DNA from: Bacteroidia bacterium
Lineage (GTDB): Bacteria; Bacteroidota; Bacteroidia; Cytophagales; JAAEPT01
Length of the DNA: 64,000 nt
NCBI GenBank assembly: GCA_030431525.1
Contig: JAUIJC010000027.1
Coordinates: 4,132-68,131, forward strand
Reading direction: 5' to 3'
This document shows, one piece after another, positions 47,498 through 55,569 of this stretch. The position numbers were made by a program, and so were the translations under genes. Under the pieces are notes generated by a model. That model searched no databases. It had not been told where the DNA came from and saw nothing but the letters and a program-made list of their open reading frames with translations. The number at the start of each line of letters is the position of its first letter. Position 1 is the first letter of the stretch.

Positions 47498-47745
47498 CTA
47501 CAAAGATAAAACTTGTTCGCCTTAGTTCTTCAAGAACTTACGTGTGATGCGCTCTCCTTTCTCATTCGTCAGATGAACCACATAAAAACCATTAGCCAAA
47601 TCACTTATATTCAAAATAGCCTCATTGGAGATTTTTCCTTCTTGAAGGATTTCCCCGTTTAGGCTCATGAGCTGATAGCTTGATGGACCAAAGGATGCTT
47701 CAAGGGAGATGGTGAGTTGGCCTGAGGTTGGATTTGGATAGAGAG
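47468..47745 (-). repeat. ~280-bp duplicated module (T9SS sorting-domain coding, stop, terminator and CAAAGATA box), copy A
   Basis: It aligns with 48708-48985 with only scattered substitutions. The upstream coding parts of the two genes are much more diverged. Confidence 0.85.
47501..47508 (-). promoter_or_regulatory. Candidate -7 box (TATCTTTG) upstream of menA, inside the duplicated module
   Basis: The + strand reads ctaCAAAGATAa. It would place the 47394-47454 hairpin in the leader. Confidence 0.35.
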
Positions 47746-48685
47746 AAAGAAGTAGTGAAGACTCACCTTCTTCTACGCTAAGCGTATTTTCAATTTCTGA
47801 ATAGTATATGTAACTGACTCCATCGTTTTTCCATTCATCATTTTCAAATGAAAAAAACTGGACACTATCTATTTTATAAAAAAGAAAATTTTCGGGGTCT
47901 TGTTTATTGGGAAATCCAACAATTTCATAATCTGTATCTACATGATAAACAGTTTTACTCTCCTTCTCCCAAGAATCTGAATAACTCCAATTATACTCCT
48001 CCATTGATATCACACCACCTGCCACATCAAACTCATATACCACTCTTGACCTCCAATTTCGAACTTTCCATAAGGAATCTTCAGAACCTTTATCATATAC
48101 TATCTCCTCACTAAGGTTTCCATAAGTATCAAAATAATAATCCCTTCTCTCAGTACTTTCCCAGTCTGATTTGGTTGAATCATAAAATTCTTCGAATACC
48201 GATTCAAGTTGCCCATTATTTCCATATTGGTATCTGTACCTGTATCTAAATTTCCAATTGTCATTTTCTAATCTAAAATGATCTCTTGAAACCAAAAGCC
48301 CATCCTCTGAATAGTGTCTTATTTTATATGCTGCATAAAAATCGCCTTCCCTTGTAGTATCTGCTATGGATCTACCTAAGCTATCATAAGCAAATGACAT
48401 CCTAATTCCACTTGTTTCACTCCATTCCGAAGCATCATATTTTTCATTCCAGTAAACTAACCTATTCAGTGAATCATAGCTATAGTATAGCTTGTGGTCA
48501 ACTTCACCATCACTTTTTTTCCTAACAAGTGAATCAAGTTTGACTTCTGATTGAGCGATCCTACTTGCCTCAAGATACAAATAGTCCTTTCCTTCATTAC
48601 TGGATATATAATTCTGAAAATTAGATTGTCCCATTACCAATCCCATTAAAAGCATGGAAAGACAAATCAGTAAAGACTTTTTCAT
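47522..48685 (-). CDS. T9SS type-A cargo protein with YD-like repeats (paralogue A)
   Basis: After the signal peptide come repeated YxYDxxG/W-rich units (YYSYDSLNRLVYW, FAYDSLGRSI, YYFDTYGNLSEE). The C-terminal domain is LSLYPNPTSGQLTISLE...GFYVVHLTNEKGERITRKFLKN. Confidence 0.75.
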   Translation of the reverse strand: MKKSLLICLSMLLMGLVMGQSNFQNYISSNEGKDYLYLEASRIAQSEVKLDSLVRKKSDGEVDHKLYYSYDSLNRLVYWNEKYDASEWSETSGIRMSFAYDSLGRSIADTTREGDFYAAYKIRHYSEDGLLVSRDHFRLENDNWKFRYRYRYQYGNNGQLESVFEEFYDSTKSDWESTERRDYYFDTYGNLSEEIVYDKGSEDSLWKVRNWRSRVVYEFDVAGGVISMEEYNWSYSDSWEKESKTVYHVDTDYEIVGFPNKQDPENFLFYKIDSVQFFSFENDEWKNDGVSYIYYSEIENTLSVEEGESSLLLSLYPNPTSGQLTISLEASFGPSSYQLMSLNGEILQEGKISNEAILNISDLANGFYVVHLTNEKGERITRKFLKN

Positions 48686-48704
48686 AGTAGTGCTTCAGTT
48701 AAAA

Positions 48705-48733
48705 CAAAAAAGCGTAGCCAAATGACTACGCTC
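48705..48733 (-). terminator. Intrinsic terminator after T9SS paralogue B (identical to 47467-47497)
   Basis: Same sequence: aaaaaagcgtagccaaatgactacgct. Confidence 0.7.
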
Positions 48734-48985
48734 CTACAAAGATAAAACTTGTTCGTCTTAGTTCTTCAAGAACTTATGTGTGATGCGCTCTCCTTTCTCA
48801 TTCGTCAGGTGAACCACATAAAAACCGTTGGCCAGATCACTTACATTCAAATTGGCCTCATTGGAGATTTTTCCCTCTTGAAGGATTTCTCCATTTAGGC
48901 TCATGAGTTGATAGCTTGATGGACCGAAGGACTCTTCAAGGGAAATAGTGAGTTGGCTGGTGGTTGGATTTGGGAAAATTTCTAA
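48708..48985 (-). repeat. ~280-bp duplicated module, copy B
   Basis: See 47468-47745. Confidence 0.85.
48737..48744 (-). promoter_or_regulatory. Candidate -7 box (TATCTTTG) upstream of T9SS paralogue A
   Basis: It has the same sequence context as 47501 and lies 52 nt from the start at 48685. Confidence 0.4.
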
Positions 48986-49873
48986 GGATGAAACGATTGA
49001 ACCATCATTAGAAGTCACCTTCCCTTCTCCTCCTGAATAATAAAATAGAGCTTTCTCAATCTCTTCATTTGACTCTAATTCTAATATTTTACCTGGGATA
49101 GCATCATAGGGTGGAAAGAAATTGAAAATAGAAACTACCTCACTTGTTGGATCAACTACCAAACTAAAACTCTCTACAACCTCCCAAACTCCACTATTCC
49201 GTTCAAAGTAATTCATAGTCACCAACTCCCCATTCTGCTGATACTCAATACCAATCCTTGCATAGCTAATCTCAGACCAAGTAGAATCAATTGGATCAAA
49301 ATCATACTCTTTCTGTAAAGTCCTTCGACCTTGAGTATCAAAAACATGAACAATTTTATTGACAGATAACGAACTATCAATGACATCGAATTCCTGCTTG
49401 GTTATCACTAATGAATCATTCAACTTCTCATAATCAAATTCCACGAATTCAGTAAATACCCAACCATCAACACCATCCCATTCATACCGTTTTTCCTCAT
49501 ATAAATCTCCTTCCTGTGAATAACTATATTGACGAAACATATCGGGTGAACCATTACTACGATAGCTTGTATCGGCAATAGAAACTCCATCATCATCCAA
49601 TACGGTTATAGCCGAATCTCCATCCATAGTGAAATAAATAACTTTATTATCAACACTATAGCTACAACGAATGGAAAGGGTTTCTACACCACCATCTAAC
49701 AAAGTCACGGAATCCAACCGTTCGGAAGACATTGCAACTCGTTGGGCGGAAGAATTTCCTTTTGCCTTAAAACTTGGAGCAGGATTAAACTTTAATTCGG
49801 AACTAAAATTCGACTGACCAAAAACAAAAACACTGGCAAGAAGACCTGCCACTAACAGTAAAGACTTTTTCAT
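48758..49873 (-). CDS. T9SS type-A cargo protein (paralogue B of 47522-48685)
   Basis: The start was moved to ATG 49873 (MKKSLLLVAGLLASVFVFGQ). The C-terminal ~75 aa are nearly identical to paralogue A (EIFPNPTTSQLTISLE...HLTNEKGERITHKFLKN). Confidence 0.75.
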   Translation of the reverse strand: MKKSLLLVAGLLASVFVFGQSNFSSELKFNPAPSFKAKGNSSAQRVAMSSERLDSVTLLDGGVETLSIRCSYSVDNKVIYFTMDGDSAITVLDDDGVSIADTSYRSNGSPDMFRQYSYSQEGDLYEEKRYEWDGVDGWVFTEFVEFDYEKLNDSLVITKQEFDVIDSSLSVNKIVHVFDTQGRRTLQKEYDFDPIDSTWSEISYARIGIEYQQNGELVTMNYFERNSGVWEVVESFSLVVDPTSEVVSIFNFFPPYDAIPGKILELESNEEIEKALFYYSGGEGKVTSNDGSIVSSLEIFPNPTTSQLTISLEESFGPSSYQLMSLNGEILQEGKISNEANLNVSDLANGFYVVHLTNEKGERITHKFLKN

Positions 49874-49917
49874 GTGATTGAAAAACTGGTTAAGAATTAA
49901 AAACAAGAGTAAAGCAA

Positions 49918-49960
49918 ATAAAAAACGGTGAGAACTCCTTGGAGCGCTCACCGTTTTTTA
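49918..49960 (-). terminator. Intrinsic terminator after argS
   Basis: aaaaaacggtgag...ctcaccgtttttt, a 12-bp stem with flanking A- and T-runs. Confidence 0.8.
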
Positions 49961-49979
49961 ATGATTATTTAAGACTGAA

Positions 49980-51890
49980 TTACATCCGCTCTGGCACCTC
50001 AACTCCCAACATATTCATTGCCTTTTCAATGACTTTGGCCACAGCAGATGAAAGCGCCAAACGGAAGGCAATCACCTCTGGCTCTGCCTTGAATACTGGC
50101 AACTCCGCGTAGAAACGACTGAATACCCTTGATAAATCATAGGCATAGCTGGCCACTTCCGATGGTGCATAATTGCGACCAGCATCGGCTACAACTTTTG
50201 GGAAGTTTGACAGCGCAACAATCACATCACGCTCCTGCGCTTCCAAACCGTTGTAAGCAGAGAGGTCGATGTTTTCGAAAGCGACGCCATCTTCCTTGCC
50301 TTTTCTCAAAAGGGCTGAGATACGGGCGAAAGTGTACTGGATGGACGGTCCTGTATCCCCTTGGAAATCCACAGATTCCTCTGGGTTAAAGACCATGCGT
50401 TTTTTCGGGTCAACACGAAGGATGAAGTATTTCAAAGCACCAAGCGCCAACTGGTGGTAAAGCTTCTCGGCTTGCTCTTCAGTGAAACCGTCAATTTTAC
50501 CCAACTCGTCAGTGCGCTGTTTGGCAGTTTGAACCATTTCGTCCACCAAATCATCGGCATCAACCACGGTTCCCTCACGGGATTTCATACGGCCGTGTGG
50601 CAAATCCACCATGCCGTAGGACATGTGGTAAATTCCCTCAGCGTATGGACGCTCCAAGCGCTTCATGATGCGCTTGAGTACATCAAAGTGGTAATCCTGC
50701 TCGTTACCGACCACATAAATGGACTTGTCCAAAGTAAAGTCCTTGTACTTCAAGTCTGCCGTCCCCATATCTTGGGTCATGTACACGGAAGTACCATCGC
50801 CACGTTGAACCAACTTCTCGTCCAAGCCCTCATTGGTCAAATCGCACCAAACTGAGCCATCCTCCTTTTTATAGAAAGCACCTTTTTCAAGGCCTTCCAT
50901 CACCAAATCCTTACCCAAAAGGTAAGTGTCCGACTCGTAGTAATATTTATCGAAGCTAACGCCGATGCGCTTATAAGTGTCCTCAAAACCTGCATACACC
51001 CAGCCATTCATCTTTTTCCAAAGGTCATAAACGGCTGGCTCGCCTGCCTCCCATTTGCGAAGCAAGTCTTGAGCTTCCAAGAAAATTGGAGCTTCCTTCT
51101 CGGCACGGTTAAACAATTCCTTGATAGCGTTCAACTGCTCCCTTTCCTCGGCAGAAAGCTCGTTCTTCTTACCCTTCTTCTCGATTTCCTTCTTGCGAGC
51201 TTTGAGGTCTTCCACACTATCAAGTGCTGGATATTCGTTACGCTTTTCAACAATCAACTCCTCAATTTCGCTCTTGTATTCCTGATCGAAACGCACATAG
51301 AAATCACCCACCATGTGGTCGCCCTTTTTGCCGTATTCCTCAGGTGTTTTATTTCCACCAAAACGGAGGTAGGCAATCATGGACTTACAGATGTGGATAC
51401 CACGGTCATTAATCAAGTTAGCCATCACCACCTTGTAACCGTTGGCCTTCAATACCTGCGAAATGGAGTAACCCAAGAAGTTGTTCCTGAGGTGTCCCAA
51501 GTGCAAGGGCTTGTTGGTGTTTGGCGAGGAGTATTCCACCATCACCGTTTGGCCATTGGAAGGATGAGAACCGAACTGCTCGTCTTTCAAGATACTGTTG
51601 AATGTCTTCAACCAAACACTATCGGCAATCACGATGTTCAAAAAGCCTTTGACCACATTGTAGTCCTCCACCTCATCGACATTTTCCTTAAGGAAATCGC
51701 CGAGTTCCTGCGCCAATTCATCTGGACGTTTCTTCACTCTGCCAGCAAACTGGAAGGTGGTAAAGGTGAAACTACCCTCGAACTCCTTGCGGGTTTCCTG
51801 AAGAGCGACTTCCGCGGATGCGAGCTCAAATGAATATAAGGATGCGAAGGCTTTTGAAATTCCTTCTCTTATGGCGAGATCCAATGACAT
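49980..51890 (-). CDS. argS: Arginine--tRNA ligase
   Basis: The start was moved to ATG 51890 (MSLDLAIREGISKAF...). The track start at 52076 reads through a repeat element. It has the class-I motifs SSPNTNKPLHLGHLRN and HGRMKSREG (KMSKS-like). Confidence 0.95.
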   Translation of the reverse strand: MSLDLAIREGISKAFASLYSFELASAEVALQETRKEFEGSFTFTTFQFAGRVKKRPDELAQELGDFLKENVDEVEDYNVVKGFLNIVIADSVWLKTFNSILKDEQFGSHPSNGQTVMVEYSSPNTNKPLHLGHLRNNFLGYSISQVLKANGYKVVMANLINDRGIHICKSMIAYLRFGGNKTPEEYGKKGDHMVGDFYVRFDQEYKSEIEELIVEKRNEYPALDSVEDLKARKKEIEKKGKKNELSAEEREQLNAIKELFNRAEKEAPIFLEAQDLLRKWEAGEPAVYDLWKKMNGWVYAGFEDTYKRIGVSFDKYYYESDTYLLGKDLVMEGLEKGAFYKKEDGSVWCDLTNEGLDEKLVQRGDGTSVYMTQDMGTADLKYKDFTLDKSIYVVGNEQDYHFDVLKRIMKRLERPYAEGIYHMSYGMVDLPHGRMKSREGTVVDADDLVDEMVQTAKQRTDELGKIDGFTEEQAEKLYHQLALGALKYFILRVDPKKRMVFNPEESVDFQGDTGPSIQYTFARISALLRKGKEDGVAFENIDLSAYNGLEAQERDVIVALSNFPKVVADAGRNYAPSEVASYAYDLSRVFSRFYAELPVFKAEPEVIAFRLALSSAVAKVIEKAMNMLGVEVPERM

Positions 51891-51940
51891 GGGTAAAGCT
51901 TTTCGTTGTATTTTTGCGCATCTAAAATTTACGACGGTCG

Positions 51941-51948
51941 CAAAGATA
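51941..51948 (-). promoter_or_regulatory. Candidate -7 box (TATCTTTG) upstream of argS
   Basis: The + strand reads tcgCAAAGATAa. It lies 51 nt from ATG 51890. Confidence 0.4.
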
Positions 51949-51963
51949 AGCGAAAGAGAAATA

Positions 51964-52095
51964 ATAAGCGGAACCACCAAGACGCAGTTATTTTGGTCAG
52001 GGTTCGTGGTAACTTGATGCGGGGATAGCATAGCTATCGCAAAACAAATTGCTACGAACCATGACCAAAAGAACAAGTCAACTGGTTTTGGTTAT
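51964..52095 (-). repeat. 132-bp MITE-like long-hairpin element, copy 3 (inverted)
   Basis: The reverse complement aligns with copies 1 and 2. The stem sequence differs from copy 1 on both arms in a compensatory way. It starts 73 nt upstream of the argS ATG. Confidence 0.85.
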
Positions 52096-52124
52096 TGTTT
52101 TTCTTTCGGAAACCCTACATTGCC

Positions 52125-52222
52125 CCAAGTACCAAGTAAGGATTCAGTACAATGTATCACGTATCAGGTATAATGATTTCTCAGATGGACATCGTTGTAC
52201 ATAATACCTTGTACATAACAGG
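52125..52222. repeat. Period-7/14 arrays in the divergent argS-speA intergenic region
   Basis: CCAAGTA CCAAGTA ... TGTATCA CGTATCA GGTATAA on the left, and TTGTACATAATACC TTGTACATAACAGG on the right. Confidence 0.7.
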
Positions 52223-52228
52223 CTTCAA

Positions 52229-53617
52229 GTGACCAAGTACCTTGATTTCATTAAACAGCAGTTCTATTTCCCTAATGAGGCCTTCACCCTGAAGGACAAC
52301 GAACTGCACTTCAACGGTGTCCCATTGATGGACATCATTGAGCGCCACGGCACCCCGCTAAAACTTACCTACCTGCCTAAGATTGGTCAGCAGATCAACA
52401 AGGCCCGTGAGTTATTCAACAATGCCATTAAGGAGAAAGACTACCAAGGCAATTACATCTATTGTTATTGCACCAAGTCTTCGCATTTCCATTTCGTGGT
52501 GGAAGAGGCCCTGAAGCACAAAGTGCAACTGGAAACCTCCTCGGCCTATGATATGGCCATTGTAAAGAAGCTTTACGAGAAGGGAAAAATCGCCAAGGAT
52601 ATTACCGTGGTGTGCAACGGTTACAAACGTCCGCTTTACACGGAATACATCAGTAACCTGATCAACGAGGATTGGACGAACGTCATTCCTGTGCTGGACA
52701 ACCTCAACGAGATTGAGCATTACAGGGAAATGGTGACCAAGCCATGCCAAGTGGGTATGCGTTTGGCCGTGGACGAGGACCCGACCTTCGGATTCTACAC
52801 CTCTCGTTTGGGCATTCGCTACAAGGATGTGGTGGACCATTACAAGGAAAAAATTGAGAATGACGACCGCTTTACGCTCAAGCTTCTCCACTTCTTTGTA
52901 AACACGGGCATCCGCGACACACCGTATTATTGGAACGAATTCACACGCTTTATTGAAAAATACTGCGAGCTGAAGAAAATCTGCCCGACACTGGACACGA
53001 TTGACATCGGTGGTGGATTCCCGATCCAGACTTCCCTCCTCTTTGAGTTTGACTACCAAGAGGTGGTGAACTTGATGGTGGAAAACATCCAGCGCATTTG
53101 TGGGGACCACGGCGTGCCTACTCCGCACATTCTTTCGGAGTTCGGTTCCTTCACCGTTGGAGAGAGTGGCGCGGTGCTTTACAGTATCCTCGACCGCAAA
53201 CTCCAAAACGACAAGGAGCTTTGGTACATGATTGACGGCTCGTTCATCACGAACCTGCCTGACACTTGGGCCTTGAACCAGCGTTTCATTCTGTTGGCCA
53301 TCAACAACTGGAACAAGGAACTCCAAAAGGTGAACCTCGGGGGGCTGACCTGCGACTCCATGGATTATTATAACTCCGAGGCGCACCACGCTGAGATTTA
53401 CTTGCCAGCGAATACGGACAACCAGACCCAATACATCGGGTATTTCCACTGTGGCGCCTATCAGGAGTCAATTGGTGGATACGGTGGCATCCAGCACTGC
53501 TTGGTGCCAAGCCCGAAACACTTGGTGCTGGACCGCGACGAGGATGGAAACCTCACTGAATGGGTGTTCTCAGAAGAGCAAAAAGAAGAAGATGTAATCC
53601 GAATTTTAGGCTATTAA
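52229..53617 (+). CDS. speA: Arginine decarboxylase (short Bacteroidota-type, PLP fold-III)
   Basis: 462 aa with a GTG start. It shows the Orn/DAP/Arg decarboxylase pattern (YCTKSSHF..., IDIGGGFP, GGLTCDSMD..., CGAYQES). Confidence 0.8.
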   Translation: MTKYLDFIKQQFYFPNEAFTLKDNELHFNGVPLMDIIERHGTPLKLTYLPKIGQQINKARELFNNAIKEKDYQGNYIYCYCTKSSHFHFVVEEALKHKVQLETSSAYDMAIVKKLYEKGKIAKDITVVCNGYKRPLYTEYISNLINEDWTNVIPVLDNLNEIEHYREMVTKPCQVGMRLAVDEDPTFGFYTSRLGIRYKDVVDHYKEKIENDDRFTLKLLHFFVNTGIRDTPYYWNEFTRFIEKYCELKKICPTLDTIDIGGGFPIQTSLLFEFDYQEVVNLMVENIQRICGDHGVPTPHILSEFGSFTVGESGAVLYSILDRKLQNDKELWYMIDGSFITNLPDTWALNQRFILLAINNWNKELQKVNLGGLTCDSMDYYNSEAHHAEIYLPANTDNQTQYIGYFHCGAYQESIGGYGGIQHCLVPSPKHLVLDRDEDGNLTEWVFSEEQKEEDVIRILGY

Positions 53618-53818
53618 ATGTTTACATCTGCCCAGACTTCTTTATAACTGAACGAAAAGCTTAGAACTATTACGCCTGAACCAGCGTTGGTTACCTGAAT
53701 TACAAGCTCACAGGTTGATTTTATCTGCGTTATTGAACTTTTCTCCAAAAAAATTCAGACGCATTAAAAAAAACCTTACCTTGTAAAGGTCTGTACAGAA
53801 CAAAAATTTCTTGGAAAA

Positions 53819-53968
53819 ATGAAGAAACTAATCCTTTCCATGATGGCTGTTAGCTTTGGCATCGCCCTTAGCTCTTGTTACCGTCACACGACTTGCGCTA
53901 CTTACACCAAAGTAGACAAGAAGATTGAGATTCAAGAGAAGGGACTCGAACAAGACGAGAACCTCTAA
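53819..53968 (+). CDS. Small lipoprotein, 49 aa (paralogue 1 of 3)
   Basis: Found manually because it is below the track cutoff. The sequence is MKKLILSMMAVSFGIALSSCYRHTTCATYTKVDKKIEIQEKGLEQDENL*. It has a lipobox (L-S-S-C) and its own downstream hairpin with a T-run. Confidence 0.65.
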   Translation: MKKLILSMMAVSFGIALSSCYRHTTCATYTKVDKKIEIQEKGLEQDENL

Positions 53969-53992
53969 TAGCAGACTCATGACGTCATGTAA

Positions 53993-54021
53993 AGCACCTT
54001 CCGGCCGGAGGTGCTTTTTTT
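53993..54021 (+). terminator. Intrinsic terminator after small lipoprotein 1
   Basis: agcacct-tccggccgg-aggtgct followed by ttttttt. Confidence 0.8.
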
Positions 54022-54237
54022 GTGCCTATGGATTTTAGTCCTATCGGCCAATTCCATTCAGCTGATGAAATAAAATACAACGGATTGGAACTTTTTCTCC
54101 TCCCCACTTGTCTTAGACACTCATAAGACGTCCATAACCAACTGCCACACAATTAGGAATGATGAAATAAAATTTCACATTCCGAAAAAAAGCCGTATTT
54201 TAAAATTCATGGTATAGGACAATTAATTCTTTACAAA

Positions 54238-54387
54238 ATGAAAAAACTACTACTTTCCTTGATGGCCGTTAGTTTTGGCATTGCTCTAAGCTCCTGCTAC
54301 CGCGCGACAACCTGCTCGACCTACGTGAAGGCAGACCAAAAAATTGAAATGCAGAAAAAAGGCCTTGAGGAAAACAAGGACCTCTGA
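54238..54387 (+). CDS. Small lipoprotein, 49 aa (paralogue 2 of 3)
   Basis: MKKLLLSLMAVSFGIALSSCYRATTCSTYVKADQKIEMQKKGLEENKDL*. Nucleotide differences from copy 1 include many synonymous and conservative changes, which fits purifying selection. It has its own terminator. Confidence 0.65.
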   Translation: MKKLLLSLMAVSFGIALSSCYRATTCSTYVKADQKIEMQKKGLEENKDL

Positions 54388-54412
54388 TTCCATCCACCCC
54401 ATAAATTTTGAA

Positions 54413-54440
54413 GGCGCCCCATTCTGGAGGCGCTTTTTTT
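54413..54440 (+). terminator. Intrinsic terminator after small lipoprotein 2
   Basis: gcgcccca-ttc-tggaggcgc followed by ttttttt. Confidence 0.75.
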
Positions 54441-54588
54441 ATGCCCCAAAGGCAATTCCAAAAGCAGGAATAAACCTCATAAAAACAACCTAAGAACCTG
54501 AATTCAAGTTTTTTAACATATAAACCCGTTAGACCACAACGAAAAGGAGTACATTGGTCCGTACTCTTTTGAAAATCTTTTAGTAAAA

Positions 54589-54738
54589 ATGAAAAAGCTC
54601 CTTCTTTCAATGATGGCTATCAGCTTTGGCATTGCCATAAGCTCCTGCTCAAACCGCACCACTTGCAACACCTACGGAAAAGTGGACAAGAAAATCGAGA
54701 TGCAGAAAAAAGGTCTCGAACAAGACGAGAACCTCTAA
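54589..54738 (+). CDS. Small lipoprotein, 49 aa (paralogue 3 of 3)
   Basis: MKKLLLSMMAISFGIAISSCSNRTTCNTYGKVDKKIEMQKKGLEQDENL*. It is the same length as the others and keeps the lipobox, the TTC.TY core and the KGLE..(E/K)(N/D)L tail. Confidence 0.65.
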   Translation: MKKLLLSMMAISFGIAISSCSNRTTCNTYGKVDKKIEMQKKGLEQDENL

Positions 54739-54766
54739 AAAATAAAAACAACACTTCCCGCAAGTG

Positions 54767-54879
54767 TCGATGGATTCCCATCCATCGCTAAGAAGAACCG
54801 CCCTTACAGGGCTCTGCGGAATTATTACTGCAGAGCCCTGTAAGGGCGGTTCTCTTTAGCAAAGGACGCGAGTCCTTTG
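54767..54879 (-). repeat. Second copy of the B-A-A'-C composite element, in opposite orientation
   Basis: tcgatggattcccatccatcg / gaagaaccgcccttacagggc...gccctgtaagggcggttctc / caaaggacgcgagtcctttg. It lies between the convergent lipoprotein-3 and gmhB 3' ends. Confidence 0.85.
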
Positions 54880-54900
54880 GTTATTCAATTTTATATATAA

Positions 54901-55422
54901 TCAAACAGCCTCCGCCTTCTCCTCCACCAACTTCTCAGCCAAATCAATCAAGCCATCCACGCGAATATCCGCCTCTGGGCAAGTCTCCTCTGCAATCAGG
55001 CAAGTCTGCAAACCCAATTTCTTTCCGGGAATCAAATCACGTTGCTTGTCGCCCACCATCCACGATTGGCTGATGTCCACATTGTACTTAGCAATGGCGC
55101 GCTCCAACATCAAGGAATCTGGCTTCCTTGTCAAGGAATTCGTCCACTTCTCATGATAAGGAGCGATGTAAATGTCATCCAACGCATTGTCCGTATGCTT
55201 CTGCACATGGTCGTGCACCAACATCACATCCTCGGCCTTGAACGTGCCCTTCACAATCCCAGACTGATTGGTAATCACAATCAACAAATAGCCCGCCTCC
55301 TTCAACTTCCTTAAGGCCTCTGGTACACGATCCAAAAACTGGAACTTTTCAATGGTGTACACATAATCCACGTAGTCCTTATTGATGACCCCGTCACGGT
55401 CAAGAAAGATGCACTTGTTCAT
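54901..55422 (-). CDS. gmhB: HAD-IIIA phosphatase, D,D-heptose 1,7-bisphosphate phosphatase-like
   Basis: 173 aa with IFLDRDGVIN (DxDx motif), VITNQSGI and MVGDKQRDL. Confidence 0.7.
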   Translation of the reverse strand: MNKCIFLDRDGVINKDYVDYVYTIEKFQFLDRVPEALRKLKEAGYLLIVITNQSGIVKGTFKAEDVMLVHDHVQKHTDNALDDIYIAPYHEKWTNSLTRKPDSLMLERAIAKYNVDISQSWMVGDKQRDLIPGKKLGLQTCLIAEETCPEADIRVDGLIDLAEKLVEEKAEAV

Positions 55423-55569
55423 CGCTGTTCAAGAATGTTTTTTGGAACTGTCCGACAGTCAAACACCACAGACCCCACAAAGTTCTGCTTTCCTGCACTT
55501 AACACCAAAAACTTACCCGTTTGTTTCTGTTGTGTTATCATTTCTGAAACTCCAGTCTGAACCCTCTGG

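Noticed and set aside
51069-51833. 254-aa ORF antisense to argS. Similar long antisense ORFs occur at 27966-28628 (lpdA), 29528-30193 (ribE), 40172-40819 (alaS), 61391-62053 (metallophosphoesterase), 23378-23971 (DUF349) and 33419-33829 (thioesterase).
   Set aside because: All are nested opposite genes with strong family signatures and have low-complexity composition. There is no independent evidence of coding.
52412-53449. 345-aa ORF antisense to speA, the longest 'extra' ORF in the track
   Set aside because: It lies fully inside and opposite a well-supported arginine decarboxylase gene. Its sequence is V/H/L/R-rich with no motif, signal or start context. This is a typical shadow ORF of the sense frame.
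54269-54610. 113-aa minus-strand ORF across the small-lipoprotein cluster
   Set aside because: It runs antisense through lipoprotein gene 2, its terminator and the promoter region of gene 3. The three + strand 49-codon paralogues explain the conservation much better.
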